In this document: positions 20,270 to 32,732 of the stretch, in pieces | How positions within the stretch are numbered: position 1 is the stretch's first letter | Layout of the letters: each line of letters starts with the position of its first letter | Virus record (IMG/VR): IMGVR_UViG_3300042090_001530 | Location: 138,491 to 202,490 of that record | Reading direction: 5' to 3' (one strand) | DNA length: 64,000 bases | Origin: a virus | Lineage: Duplodnaviria > Caudoviricetes | Made by a program: the position numbers and the translations under genes | Notes under the pieces: model-generated | Database searches by the model: none | Seen by the model: only the letters and a program-made list of their open reading frames with translations | What the model was told of the DNA's origin: nothing

Positions 20270-21015
20270 GGCACCTCCTTCGGCGTGACGCGGTAGTACT
20301 CGGCGCGCACCCGGTTGAGCCAGGACTGCACGATCGCGGTGCGCGGCTCGTCAGGGAGCACGGTCTTGGCGGCGTTGAACCGATCTTCGGCGGCGGCCAT
20401 GAACGGCACGGCGGCCTGCGGGTTGGCGGCGACAGCCTCGCCGAAGTCGAGGTACTTCTGCGGGTTCTCGAGCCGGATGCGCAGGTTGCCGGTGGTGTAC
20501 AGCTCGAATCCTTGATCAACCAGGCGCATCAAGTGCCTGGCGTGCTTGGAGGCTCGCCGTGCCGGGATGTCTGAGTCGAACGACCCGTCACCGCGCGTCA
20601 GCAGCTTCTTGAACTGCTGCGTCGCATAGCCGAGGTACGCGTCCCTCGTCCGCTTGGCGCAGTGGAACGCACTCCGGAGCCCGATCAGTTCCGCACCGAG
20701 CGGCGCCCTGACCTCATACTCAGTCAACCAGAGCACCTCTGTCGACGTTGGATTACCGGCCAGTAGTAGCCGTACGGCTTTCGAGGCCTCGTGCAGCGTC
20801 GAGTCGGGTTTCGTCGTCACGATCGAGTCGCGCGGCGGGTCGAGCCTGAACAGCCGCACCGTGTCGTACGCGAAGATCCCGAGACGGTCCACGTCCGAGT
20901 CCGGGCCGGCAAGCCCGTAAGCCGTCGATCCGACCACGCCCTCAAGGAGAATGTGCATGCCGCCAGTCTCTGATGTCGGCGCGGCCGGGGCGACCTGATT
21001 CGCAACGGCCGTCAC
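20266..21015 (-). CDS. DNA polymerase beta-superfamily nucleotidyltransferase (RlaP/Nuc-transf-like)
   Basis: GSTAYGLAGPDSDVD signature, NPT.TEVLW, YLGYA, KHARHLMRL. Confidence 0.85.
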   Translation of the reverse strand: MTAVANQVAPAAPTSETGGMHILLEGVVGSTAYGLAGPDSDVDRLGIFAYDTVRLFRLDPPRDSIVTTKPDSTLHEASKAVRLLLAGNPTSTEVLWLTEYEVRAPLGAELIGLRSAFHCAKRTRDAYLGYATQQFKKLLTRGDGSFDSDIPARRASKHARHLMRLVDQGFELYTTGNLRIRLENPQKYLDFGEAVAANPQAAVPFMAAAEDRFNAAKTVLPDEPRTAIVQSWLNRVRAEYYRVTPKEVP

Positions 21016-23505
21016 GGCGCTTCCTCGTCCGGTACTGGGACCGCCTTGTACGTGTCCACGAGTTCGCGGCCGTGCCGGTTGCACACCAGAGTTTCGGCGC
21101 CGACGCCCCCGAACGTGCCGTCGGGCGTCACGGCTGCGACGATGACGGTCGTCTCGGCGGGGTCTACGCACTGGGCGAGCTTGCCGCTGGCCGGGTTCTG
21201 GGCGTGGAAGCCGCACTGCGGCGCAGCCTCATCGGTCTCGGGCGTCCGCGTTTCTTCGTCGACCACTTCGTCTCCTTCGACGGGTAGGCGCCGCGAGGAC
21301 TCGGCGAGCGCCTTGAAGAAGACGGCCACGGCTGCGGGTGCGTCGCTCATGCTGATCCCGCTGTCGGCCCAGAGTTTGAGGCCGTCGGTCGTAATGTCGC
21401 TGGCCCGGATGCCGCCGAGGTTGATGCCATCCACGGTCAGTCTCCTTCGGTTGCGAGGACGAGCTTGACGATCAGTGTGAGGTCGTCTTTCTCGACGTAG
21501 AGGAGTCGCCCGGCGCATGGGCCGTACGACGCGGGAAAGTCGAGTTGGACGTAGTGACGGAGGTAGCCGGCCATCTGGTTCGTGGTGTCCCAGTCGACGT
21601 TGTGGGCCGGGAGTTCGACGTGGCGGAAGGGTGGCCGGTCGGGGGCTTCGTCGGGGCCTATGGGCACCCCGGTGGCTTCGATGCGCAGGGTGCCGTCGGG
21701 CTCGAGGTGGAAGACGGCGGACACGTCGACCATCAGCCGTCCGCTTCGGTTGCGAGCGCAAGGATCCCGGCGCCCAACTGCTGGGCCTCGTCGGCCGTCA
21801 TGCCGGGCGACGTGGTGAGCCGGTCGACGGCGAGCCGGTGGACGGTCTCGGGGTCGTATTCGCGGAGGCGGTACTCGCCATCGCGGCGACGCTGCATGGT
21901 CAGGCCTCCTTTACGACATGTCCGCGGGCGTGGATTTTGGCGTGGTTGCGCATCGTCCGCTCGTTGCCGGGATGTCCACAGGTGGGGCAGCGCGTCCATG
22001 CGCCGCTCTGGACGGCCGCGTTGACGACCGAGGCGTTGGGGCCGTATCCGTTCTCGGCGAGTAGGCGTGCGACGGTGCCTTCGTATTTGAGGGCGAGGAG
22101 CGCGCCCTCGGCGATCTTGTCGTGTCCGGAGGCGAAGAAGTTGCCGGGGGTGACGGCTGTTCCGCAGCCGCACCAGCAGTATTCGATGTCGCGGAGGGAG
22201 TTCGGGCTCATGGCCATCAAGGTATCAGACCCTGGGTTGCACGCAAGGTGCCTTTCCAAGGTCTCTCGAAGTTCGCGGGTCGGCACCAACCGGCGCGGCA
22301 ACCTGGTCACTCGCCATTTTTGCCCACGAGCCCGAGCCGTATCGCGACCGGGTCCTGATCGAGCGGCGGCAGTTCGGGCCCACGGTCGGCCAGCGCGCGG
22401 AGAGTGCGGATGGTCGCGAACTGGCCTTCGACCTTCGCGCGGCAGCCGTCGGGCAGCGACGACAGGTCCGGTTCGGCACCTTGCCCGCGCAGGTGCCGCA
22501 GGTACTGCTCGGTGAGGTCGTCGAGTTCTTCCGCCCGCAGCTCGCCGGTCGAGTCCTCACCGTGCCCGGCCGCGTCGAGCAGCATCGTGCCGAGGATCTC
22601 GGCATCGTCCCGGTCGAGCTCGAGATCCGCCGCGTCGATGCCGAGCAGGTTCAGGTGGACGAGGATCCCGCCCCCGGTCCAGGTTACCGATTCGCCCCAC
22701 TGGAATGTCCGCGCACCGCCGGCTTCGGGCTCGTCCTGGACGGCCTGGGCAACCGTCTCGTCGGCAGCCTGCCAGGCGGCGGCCCATCCGGCCGCGGGGG
22801 CGCTTTCGTCAAGCAGTGACCGCCGCAGACGCCCGTTGGTGGCCAGAACGGCCCGCAGCGTGGCGAGGAACGCCCAGGCGTCGGCCACCCCCCAGGCGGC
22901 GTCCTGGGCGGCCTCGGCCTGCCTGGACGCGGCCCGGGCGGCGTCCCCGTGGGCCTCATGCCAAATCTCCACGTCGGCGGTGGCCGCGTCGAGCATCCGG
23001 AGCAGTGTGCGCCGGTCCGCCTCGGACTGCGTCATCGTCACGCCCGCATGCCCGTAGCCGCGGGCCTTATCCCGGGCGCGGATCTCCTCGAGGCGGCTCG
23101 CGTCTTCCGCGGTCACTCGGCGCCGTCTTCCGTATCCTCACGCCGCGTGACGGTCTCGTCGAGACGCCGGAACGCCTCGCGGGCGGGCTCGTTCGGGACG
23201 GGCGGCTCGTCGAGGCTCGAGATCAGCCCGTCGAACGCCGGGTTCGGCAGGGTGGTCACAGTGTCGGCCACGTCGATGTGCGCGTCGAACATGTGCCGTT
23301 GGATCGTGTTCCACACCTCGAGCATGTCGGAGCCGCCGGCCATCACGTCGGTCGACCAGTCGCATCCGTCGGCTTCGTGTTCGATGCGCGCCGGGCCGTC
23401 GGTGTAGATCTCGAACTGGCCGAGCCACGCGCCTGCGTCGATTTTTGCGCCCGCGATCATGTGGGTCCTTACCTGGCAGTGACCGGTCGAGCCCAAAGCG
23501 TGCAA
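21012..23505 (-). other. Run of hypothetical genes
   Basis: Coupled ORFs incl. 21437-21733, 21900-22310, 22307-23116, 23113-23505. Confidence 0.55.
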
Positions 23506-23587
23506 TGGCTGACGGGCTGATTTTACGGCCGCTGTGGGCGCTGGCGGATACGCTTCGCGGGAGAGTCACTACATCCGGAGGAGAATC

Positions 23588-23752
23588 ATGAGCGACACCC
23601 TCCCCAGCGAGATTGACTCGGCCACGTCGATCCCGGATATCCGCGAGCAGACGCTCGGGGATGTCGCCCCGGCCGCTCTCTCGATCCTGCGGCGGGTGTT
23701 GAAGAAGACTGGTGCCACGGTCCCGGTCGCGGCGTTCCAGTCCAGCATCTAG
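23588..23752 (+). CDS. FxSxx-COOH RiPP (triceptide-type) precursor peptide
   Basis: 54 aa, RBS GGAGGAG; acidic leader, SILRRVL, C-terminus PVAAFQSSI-stop. Confidence 0.75.
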   Translation: MSDTLPSEIDSATSIPDIREQTLGDVAPAALSILRRVLKKTGATVPVAAFQSSI

Positions 23753-24072
23753 GCGGCACTCGCCGCAGGCCGACCGGCCCGGAGTTGGGCCCGAGCGGCC
23801 TCGGTGAGCGCCCGGTCCGCGTCGGCACGGGATGGCTGCGTGCGCCACCAGGCGTGGGCCTGGATGAGTCGGCCGACGCCGATGCACTCCTGGTATGCGT
23901 CGTACGCCCGCTGCGCCTGTTCGTCGGCGGCCGGGCTGAGCCCGTCTTTCAGGAGCGCGGCGATCTGCTGGCCGGTCGGGAAGACGCGGCGGATCTCGCG
24001 GTACTGCGCGTCCGCCTCGAGGTAGCGGGCCTTGAGGCGGATTAGGTCGTCGGGGGGCGTGGTGGTGGGCAC
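23749..24072 (-). CDS. Hypothetical helical protein
   Basis: 107 aa ORF downstream of a PafBC-like promoter motif. Confidence 0.6.
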   Translation of the reverse strand: MPTTTPPDDLIRLKARYLEADAQYREIRRVFPTGQQIAALLKDGLSPAADEQAQRAYDAYQECIGVGRLIQAHAWWRTQPSRADADRALTEAARAQLRAGRPAASAA

Positions 24073-24113
24073 GCGAACTCCAGGGAAGTGGGTGGGGGCT
24101 TGAGGGTGCTCCC

Positions 24114-24135
24114 ATCCTGCCGCAGACCACTGACA
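24114..24135 (-). promoter_or_regulatory. PafBC/RecA-NDp-like promoter
   Basis: Minus strand TGTCAG-TGGTCTGCGG-CAGGAT (TGTCRGTG, 8 nt, -10). Confidence 0.5.
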
Positions 24136-25170
24136 GATCCCTTAGTCGATCTCGCGCCAGGCCTCGACTCCGCGCGCGAGCAGCACTTTCACGTATCCGG
24201 CGACTTCGAACGGTTCGCCGACCGCCTGACGGGCTGTCGTCTCGCCGACGATCGGTCCCTTGCGGCCTGGTGTGCCATCCGGTTGACGCACTCCCCAAGT
24301 CCACTCGGTTTTGGCGTCGCCCCACTCGCTGGGTTCGGGCGGCACTTGGTTGAACATCCCGATCACGAGCCATGCGACCTGATCGGCGAGGTAGTCGCGC
24401 ACCGCGGGTCCGACCTTCGGTTTGCGCTGACCACGCGGGATCTGCTGCTCGTCGCGCAGGAACCCGAGCGAACGGTCGATCTCGGTGAGGATCGCCGCGT
24501 GCAGAACGCCGTGCAGCGGCGGCCAGGCAGGCTCGGTCTCGGTCAAGGCGTCGGCCGACCCCTCTTCGGGCGCGGTGGCAGGGCGACCGGGACCGGCAGC
24601 ATCGTGACGTCGTCCGGTCCGACGCAGTCCGCATGCACGACTACGAGCGACTGCCAGTCGGTGTCGCGCCCGCAGGAGTATGAGTGGGTAATGCCGTCGG
24701 CCACGAACTCGATCGGGTCACCGGCGCGCAGGGGAACGTCGCAGGCGCGGCACGGGTGGCCGTCGAACCGGTGGGCCGCCAGGATCGCGGGCTCGTAGCC
24801 GTCGGGCACTGCGGCGATCCGGTCGTGACAGTCCGGCTTCGGGGGACGCGGCATGCCGATCAGTCTTTCACGACGCTGTCGGCGTCTACGGGCGTGAAGG
24901 TGACGTGCCGCCAGTCGGGGGACTCGTCGCCGAGCACGACGGTGAACTTGTTTCTCATCGCGATCAGGTCGATTTGCGGCAGGATCTCGACCTTGACGTA
25001 CCGGGCGCGCGGCGTGGCTCCGAGTTCGTGGCAGGTGCGCAGTTCCGCGTCGAGCGCGCCGCAGTCCCAGCCGCACGCGAACGACAGGTCGTCGAGTTCG
25101 CCGCCGGCGCTTTTGACGATGACGAACGGCATGACGAGGCCCCAGTTGGCGTCTTCGGTGCTGTCGTCGG

Positions 25171-25491
25171 TCACCGCTTGGGCTCCTTGGCTGCTGCGCG
25201 CTGCTTGAGGACGTCGGCGCGGGGCTGCCCGGCCGGGACGAGCGTCACCTCGAGTTCGAACCCGGCGGCGTGCAGCCAGTCGCCGAGTTCGTCGATCCGG
25301 ATGTCCGCGCGTTCGGTGGAGACCCGGCGCAGGCGACGCTTGGACAGGCCGGTACGCCGCCGGAACTCGTCCTCGCCGCCGCAGGCCTCCACGGCTCCCC
25401 AGAGCGCTTCGAGGAGCTTGGTTCGCAGCCGGGCCTTCGCAAGCCCCCGTGCGCCCTCTGGCGTGGCGGCGAGCCGTTCGTACAGCATCAT
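25171..25491 (-). CDS. XRE-like HTH protein
   Basis: EFRRRTGLSKRRLRRV...IRIDELGDWLHAAGFELEVTLVP. Confidence 0.55.
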   Translation of the reverse strand: MMLYERLAATPEGARGLAKARLRTKLLEALWGAVEACGGEDEFRRRTGLSKRRLRRVSTERADIRIDELGDWLHAAGFELEVTLVPAGQPRADVLKQRAAAKEPKR

Positions 25492-25935
25492 GCGTCGCTC
25501 CGCTCTTCGTCGGGCCAGAGCTTGCGCGCGGCGCGGCCGCCGAGCAGCCCGAGGCCGACCATGAGGGCTCCGGCCGTGATGCTCATCATCCAGTCGGGGC
25601 TGAGCCCGGGGACGCGGATCCATTTTGCTGCGATCGCACCGGCGATCGTGGCCGCGAAGCTGGCGAGGGTCGCGTACAGGAGCGCGAGCGGCCCCCGGTG
25701 GGCTCTGCCGATGGTCATGGCGCGGCGTCCTCAGGGATGGTGGACGGTCGACCGACGAGCTTCGGGACCGGCTGGTCGAGGTAGATCGCCTGTCCGCCGG
25801 TATGCCACACTCCGAAGCGGCAGTCGCCTTCATGCCCGCGGGCGAGTTTGCAGCGCGCGGGCAACTGGGGCGAGTACCGGATCTTGCAACGCTTCCGGCC
25901 CGGGATCCGGGCGGGACCGGGATGGGCATAAGCGG

Positions 25936-26358
25936 TCACGGCGCCCCCCAGGCGGACTCACGCTCCGGGCCTGCCGCGCAGAACAGTGCGTGCACGGTGT
26001 TGTTCATGCCTTCCTTCTCGCGCATGTCCTTGACCCACCGGTTCATCGGCCGCATGCCGCGTTTGCGTGCGCAGAACAGGATGCCGAGCCACATCTCCTC
26101 GTACTGCCCGGCAGCGCGCAGGTCGGAGAGGCATTCGCGCAGCAGCGGGAGATCGCGGGGTTCGATGGTCTCGGCGTCGGCGCATCCCCAGGCGAACGTA
26201 TCGCTGCACGCCATGGAGAACGTGACGCGGCCGTCAGCGACGTGCCACAGGAACGGGCACTCCTGGTAGATGAGATCGGCGTCGCGGGTGATCGCGAGCA
26301 GGTCGAGGATGAACTGCAGGTGCTCTGCGTCTGTGACGGCGAGCGCGTCGGTCACCAT
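25936..26358 (-). CDS. Conserved phage-type hypothetical protein (CSDxFxWGCADAE ... FCARKRGMRP)
   Basis: Motifs recalled from phage proteins; ATG 26358. Confidence 0.6.
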   Translation of the reverse strand: MVTDALAVTDAEHLQFILDLLAITRDADLIYQECPFLWHVADGRVTFSMACSDTFAWGCADAETIEPRDLPLLRECLSDLRAAGQYEEMWLGILFCARKRGMRPMNRWVKDMREKEGMNNTVHALFCAAGPERESAWGAP

Positions 26359-29300
26359 TCCTCCTTCTAGTGCTCGATGGCGCGCGGCCGGAGGAACTCG
26401 ACTTCGTCTTCGACAGCGTCGAGCCGGTCCAGGGCCGCGATCAGGTCGGTGATGGTGAGGGTCGCTCCGGCGCGCAGGTGGCAGATGACCCGGTCGCCAA
26501 CGTGCCACGCGTTTGTGAAGGCGCGGACGCGTGCGACTGCGGCGTTGGCGTCGGCTTCACGGGCGGCGTGCGCGGCGAGGATCTCCGCATGGGTCTTGCG
26601 CGGCGTCTCACTGTCCATCGTCGCCCTCCGGTTCCCAGTCGATGCGGGCGTCGTACTCCCAGCCCATGTCGGTCCAGGTCTTCGACGGCCAGTAGTACCC
26701 GAGATAGGCGCCGGGCTCTTTCGGCCGGTCGTCCACGCCGCCGGTGCCCTCATAGTCGTCGAACGGGCAGTGTTGGCCGTACTTCAACTGGTCGCAGGCC
26801 TCGGTGTGCTCGAGCTGGAACCAGGGGATACCGCTGGCCGTGAGGCCCACGGTCAGCCGGTGCGGCGCCTGCTCGGCGCCTGCGTCGGCGGCCGCAGCGA
26901 ACCGACCGACGGCCTTAACTCCGGTCGCGAGCGTCCCTTGGACGCGGCCGTCGGGTCCGATCGCCAGTTCATGGCGGACGCCGCTATCGACCTCAGTGAA
27001 CACGAGGTGGCCTTGGGTGCTGCGGATGCCGCAGAGATCGTCGACAAACGCCTGGTGCTCGCCGGCGGGGACCGGCTCGGCAGCGAGTTCGGTAAGGGTC
27101 TCGTCCTCAGCCACGCCCGCCCGCTCCCGCCTTCGTCACGATCAGCTTGCTGCGCCCCGGGTCGCCGTCCGCAGTCTCCCGCACCACGGTCTCCACGTGG
27201 TAGCCGAGGTTCGTCAGCGTCCGCCCGTAGTCCGCGAGATGCCGAGCCTCGGCGTCCAGTTGCGCCCGGCTGTACAGGCCCTCGCAGGACACGACCACGT
27301 CGTCCCCAGCCTGTCCAGCGCGATATCCGACCGTCCAGCCGTCGTGGTTGTCATGGTTCCATGCGGCGCGCTGGTGCCCGGCGTCGGCGAGTTGTCTCGA
27401 GACCTGCGGGGCCCAGGTCTTGGCGCGCATCAGACTTCGCCCCGTGCGACTTTCGTCGTTCCTCGCCGCATGGCTTCCTTGTCCTCGCTGGGCTTGCCGG
27501 GCTTGAGCCCGAGCTTGCGCATCTCGATGTCCGCGCCCCATGCAATGGCCTCCGGGTCGGCGACGTCCACGTTGAGTTGCACCGGATTGTCGCAGCGGCC
27601 GTGCCCGTCGCAGCGCCCGGTCCAGATCCGGCCGCCGCCGCTGTGCCAGGTGCCGGTTTCCGTGCCGTCCGCGGCGGTGACGTTGACGACGCCAACGTCG
27701 TCGTGGTCGTCCACGTGCCAGCCTTCATCCTCGAGGTAGCGGGCGATGACGGCGGTGAAGCCGTCTGGGAGTTCATCCCACTCGGCCGGGTCGCCGTGGT
27801 CGCTACTGGCGGGTTCGGTTATGGTCACAGGTGCCCTCCTCGGGGCCGATTGGTTGCGTGATGCCACTCGCCGTCCGCGCGGCCCGGCTGATTCGCCAGC
27901 CGGGCCGCGCGCATCTCCGCCATCATGCCGTCGGGGTCGGACACTTCAGCGGTCGGCCGCCTCGGCGGCAGCCTGTTCGCAGCTGGCGAGCGCACGGAGC
28001 AGCGCGCCGTAGGCGTATTCGACGTGGACGCCACTGGCCTGTGCGATCTTCTGCGCGGCCTTGAAGAGCACGTCCGACGCCTCGTCGGTGAGGGTAACGC
28101 TCGGCGCCGCAGTGTACGTGATCTCGACGTGCCTGGACGGCGGGTGAAGCCAGTTCGCGCCGGGCGGGGCGGGATTGGCCGCGCACCAGGCGTCGATCGC
28201 GTCACTGGCCGCGCGGGCAGCGTTGTCCTGACTCGTCACGCGCCATCACCGCTCGCGCCGGGCGCCTGGTCGAGGGCCACGATGTCGGGATGGGTCGCCA
28301 TCTCATCCCAGGTGGCGTAGAGGCCGAACGCACGGGGTGCGTCCTTCGGTCAGCTCGGCGTGCACGTACCGGCCTTCGTCGCGCCCGGTCTGGAGCAGCC
28401 CGCGCTTCATGAGCGAGATTACGGTGGTCGAGCAGCCGCGCAAACGCCCGCCACCACCTTGCTGCGGCCCGTACCAGTCGTTGCTCGCGAACGTCCGCCA
28501 GACTTCGCCTTTGGCAGCGGCGCGCAGGATCGTCCACTGGGCGCCGGTCATGGCCCGGCGCCGGACGGCTTGGTCAATGTCGGTCAAAGCTGGCCCTCCA
28601 GTCCGCGCGCGACCGCTTCCATCATCTCGTCAACCATCTCCCATGGCAGTACGTCTTCGCGTTCGCCGTCGTCGGACTTGGCCCAGGCGTACAACCGCAT
28701 CGCCCCGGTCGGGGTGATCTCCAGTGTGGCGTCGCGGTCGATCCGGTCCCATTCGAGCTGCACGCCGCCGCCCGGTGTCGGGTATGCGGCCGGGTCGGGT
28801 CCGGGGATCTGTCGGTGAGTCAGGGCAGTGAGCACACGTCGGGCGTGGTTGACGACCTGCTCGGCCACGCGACTGCCATCCCCGTCGAGCCAGCCGTCCT
28901 CGAGTTGAGCGATCTCGTCGAGGCGCTGCTGCCACGGGGAGAGTTGGACGAGCACGCGCAGGCATTCCGGGCACGAGACGGGCTTCGCGGCGCGGTGCGG
29001 GTAGCCGTCGCGGCGGATCGCGTCGTCGCCGACCCAGCGTCCGCACGCTGTCGCCCGGCTGACCTGCCAGCCGAGGGAGCGTGCCGCGTGCACGATCCGT
29101 CGGTCGCCGGGCCAGCAGCACGACAGGCGCAGTCCGTAGTCTCTGGCGCGGTCGGCTAGCGGGGGAGGCTCGGTCGTTCTCATGCGTCGCCCGCCCTCCA
29201 TACGGTGCAAACCTTGGTCGTGAGCGTGCCGCTGCCGTCGGGATTGGCAAGGTGCCCGTTGGGCAGTCGGACGCCGATCTGGACCAGTTTCCCGCCGCAG

Positions 29301-30624
29301 TCGACGCACTTCCAGATGTCCTTGTTGCCGGTAGATCTGGTGCAGACGATCTCGCGGTGCGTGTCGAACGGCTCCAGGTCGACGAGTGTGTCCGCCGTGG
29401 CTGCGCCCGTAGGAACCTGGTCGCCGGCCGTTGCCGGATCGCCGGTGCACCAAGGGCCGACCGCGCGCCAGACCGCGTCGATCTCGGAGCCGTCGTCGAC
29501 CATGACCCCGGCGAGCATCATGCCGCGATTGCTGGCGGTGTCTTCTTCGGCCTTGGCTTCGGCCGATTCGCGACTCGAGTGCGTCCACCGTGAAAGCACG
29601 GTGCCGTCTTCGCCGCCGCGGACGCGGGTCGTCCACTCGATGTGGCTCTCGTCGGCGCCGAGCCAAGCGCCTTCTTCGATCTCGGGCATCAGAACTTCCA
29701 CCAGCCTTCATGCGAGTCGGGGCAAGCCGGATAGTTTTCCACCATGGGCCGCAGCAGCTCGAGGTGCTGCGTGATCTCGTCGGGATCCTGCGATCCCCAG
29801 TATCGTGCGCCGTCCCACCGTCCCTCGCAGTTGCCGCCGTACCGCCCATCATCGTGTTGGGCGAGGAACTTGGCAGCGGTCGTGGGTTCGGCGTCCTGGT
29901 AGTCCCACAGGTGCCCGATACACGCGACCGTGACGAGCGGGCCGCAGCTGGCACTGCGGCGTCGCCGGAACCAGACTGCGTTGATCCGGCCCCAGTAGTA
30001 GAACGTGCCGTCGCCGCGAGTGTTGGTCTTGGTGCGCAGACTGGTCATGTCGACTGCGTAGGGGTGGTGCGATAGCACGAACTTGTCCTCGCGCTTCACT
30101 GCGCACCACCGGGCGTGCAGATCACGCAGCGATGCCCGTCGTTGCCCTCGTGGCATCGGTCGATGCATCCTCGGCAGCATGCGCTGCCCGCGTGCCGACT
30201 GTGCTCGTCGCGCGGTTCGCCGGGGCTAGTGAACAGGCTGCCGCAGCGGGCGCACGCGTAACCGGGGAGACCGGGTGCCAGGGGCATCGGGTACGGGTAT
30301 CTATGCCCGTCGTGTCCGGCCGGAAGCGAGCAGGGCTTGCAACCGAGTTCGATGCCGAGCGCGTCGGGTTCGGCGCTGCATGCGGGCTGTTCGCCGTCCC
30401 ACGTGTAGCTGACGCGCACCGCCTTGATCTGCTCGATCGCGGCCCTGATCAACTCGTCGTCGACCTGGTCCGGGTCGAGGGTGCCGCAAGCCTCGATCTG
30501 CACAGCGTCTTCCACGTGCCGTTTGTCGAGGGTGCGCAGCAGGACGCGGTGCTCGTTGGTGAGGTATCGGCGTGCCGCGTCGCGGGCGACCTTGGCACGT
30601 TCGACCTCACTGATGCCGACTACC

Positions 30625-30909
30625 TCACCAGTCGTCATCGTCTTCTGTCCTCTCCTCCGGATGCTCGGTCTCCCATAGCGCCGTGGCTGCGAGCTGGTCA
30701 AGTCGGTCGGCTTCGTCAGCGGTGAAGGTGTTTTGTTCACGGGCGTAGGCGACGTATTCCATGGCGCGCCGGATCTTCGGGGCGTTAGAGCCCTTCCCGG
30801 CGAGGATCATCAGTTTGTACTGCTCGTACAGTCGGGCAGGGCTCAGTGTGACGGTGGTGGATCTATCGCCAGCCGCCACGGTCACGGGAATCCGGTCAGG
30901 CATCGTCAT
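30625..30909 (-). CDS. Hypothetical protein, paralog of 46191-46469
   Basis: Shares AGDR.T.V...LYE.Y...IL..G....KIRR...TFT....DRL...HPEE..DD.W. Confidence 0.65.
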   Translation of the reverse strand: MTMPDRIPVTVAAGDRSTTVTLSPARLYEQYKLMILAGKGSNAPKIRRAMEYVAYAREQNTFTADEADRLDQLAATALWETEHPEERTEDDDDW

Positions 30910-31473
30910 CCTTTGCTTCGTGGCCCTTCGGTTCAGCGCCGAGCCACTCGGGCAGCGCGTCAACCTTGACTACGCTGAGAACGATCTCGTCTGCGAGTTC
31001 GACGAGGGAAATGGCGGGGTTGCTCCAGGGGATGCGGATCGCGCTGGGTGCGCGCCGGTAGGCGTAGGCAATGTCGCGCGCCTGGTCGCGCTGCGCCTCG
31101 GCGACGTCGGCCCGGATGGACTCGGCAGTGGCCTCCCCGCCCGCGTCCACGATCGCCTGCCGCAGCCGGCCGAGTTCGGCTTCGGCCGCATCGGCGCGCG
31201 CTCGCTGCTTGTCCAGCGCCTCGCATGCCCGGTCGTACGCGTCCTGGGTCGGTCGGTGGTGCCGGTAGTCGACGACGAGGATCTCCAGGTCGGCGCTGCT
31301 GATCGGGTAGCCCTCGTAGCTGACGTCTCGGATGCTTCCCCAGCCGGGCCGGTTGATGGCGTCGAATCGGAGCCACGCTTCGGCGCGGGTCGCGGCGGCT
31401 TCGAGTGCCTCCGGGTCGATCGGGTGGATGGGTTCGGTGATGCCGTTGCCGTAAGGCTTGGCGTGGCCGGTGG

Positions 31474-32064
31474 TCATGACTGGTCTCCGTCGTGGTTGAT
31501 GTCGACTGTGGCGATGCCCATCGCCCGGTTGGCTTCGTCTTCGGTGCGCCAGTCGGTGTAGTCGTAGCAGACGACCTCGTACACGCCGGCCGCCCCGTTC
31601 TTCGCCTGGAGGACCGCGACCCGCTTGCGTGCGTCGGTCTCGGACATCGGGATTCCGATATGGCCGCCGGGCCCGTTGGCGGCGGTGTGGCGGTAGGACC
31701 ACATGCGGTCGCGGCCGACGAGTTCAGCGCGGAGTCGGGCGACCTCTTCGCGCAGATCGAGGTTGGCCGCGAAGAGTTCACTGGTGGACTCGTCCTTGTT
31801 GGCAACCAGTTCGGCCAGCCGGTCGATCTCGGCGAGCAGTGCCCCGATGTCGGCGTGGGCGTGCTCAAGGAGCGCGGCTTCGGTCGGCTCCGGCCAGTAC
31901 TCGGCGTACGGCGTGGAGTGCTTCGGAGCTTTGAGGATCTGCAGTGCTCCGGCGTGCAGGCTCCACGAGTCCTCGGAGTCGTACGCGTACCACGGGCCGG
32001 TGATCGCCATGCGGTGTCGGGTACGGATCTCGCCGAGAGCGTCGGGGTCGATCGAGTCTGCCAT
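31474..32064 (-). CDS. Ead/Ea22-like domain protein
   Basis: EHAHADIGALLAEIDRLAE motif plus coiled coil. Confidence 0.5.
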   Translation of the reverse strand: MADSIDPDALGEIRTRHRMAITGPWYAYDSEDSWSLHAGALQILKAPKHSTPYAEYWPEPTEAALLEHAHADIGALLAEIDRLAELVANKDESTSELFAANLDLREEVARLRAELVGRDRMWSYRHTAANGPGGHIGIPMSETDARKRVAVLQAKNGAAGVYEVVCYDYTDWRTEDEANRAMGIATVDINHDGDQS

Positions 32065-32459
32065 CAAACGGCCTCTCGGGTCAGGCTGCCCATCTGGACG
32101 ACAGCGAGGTCCAGCGACGCCTTAAGCCGCTCCACCTCGGCGACCAGCCAGGCCATGTCGTCGCGGGCGTGCAGGATGAACTGGGCGATGGCCGCCGCGT
32201 TCGGGTGGACGTCGTGCGTGGCGTCGATGGCTGTGACGATCGTGCCGTCCTCGTCCCCGCCGCCGTCCTGGTCGGGCGCCCACTCGTCGTGGACTTCGGC
32301 GACGACGAATTCGCCGTCTTCGGTGGCGGTCCAGATCTCGAAGCCTTCCGTCTGCTCCCACGCGTCGGGCCCGGAGGCGACGACGCGCGGTTCGAGGCGC
32401 CAGGGGTGGTTTCCCGCAGGGGTGCGTGCCGTGATCTCGGTGAGGCGGTCGGTGGTCAT
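32064..32459 (-). CDS. Ead/Ea22-like domain protein
   Basis: FILHARDDMAWLVAEVERLK motif. Confidence 0.5.
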   Translation of the reverse strand: MTTDRLTEITARTPAGNHPWRLEPRVVASGPDAWEQTEGFEIWTATEDGEFVVAEVHDEWAPDQDGGGDEDGTIVTAIDATHDVHPNAAAIAQFILHARDDMAWLVAEVERLKASLDLAVVQMGSLTREAV

Positions 32460-32732
32460 GGGCCATCTCCGTCGTAGTTGGTGCGCTGCGTGTCGTGGTG
32501 CTCGTGCGCCCGGAGGATCTTCCGCAGTGGCGCGGTGAACGGCCAGAACACGGCGATGAAAACCAGGATGGCGGCGGTCGCGAGTTCGGCAATGGGGTCT
32601 CGCCGCCAGTTGGGCGGCCCGAGTTTCGCGCGGACCCAGGTTGCCCACCGCTCGTACTCTAGGGCGATGATCACGCCGTTAGCGACACAGACGGCGTACC
32701 CGACCCAGTCCAGGCCGGCGAATGGGGGCATG

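Larger units (their letters stand above)
24142..32731 (-). other. Long run of small coupled hypothetical genes
   Basis: E.g. 24142-24546, 24860-25174, 25488-25718, 25715-25939, 26608-27114, 27946-28239, 28303-28587, 29180-29701, 30096-30740, 32456-32731. Confidence 0.6.
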
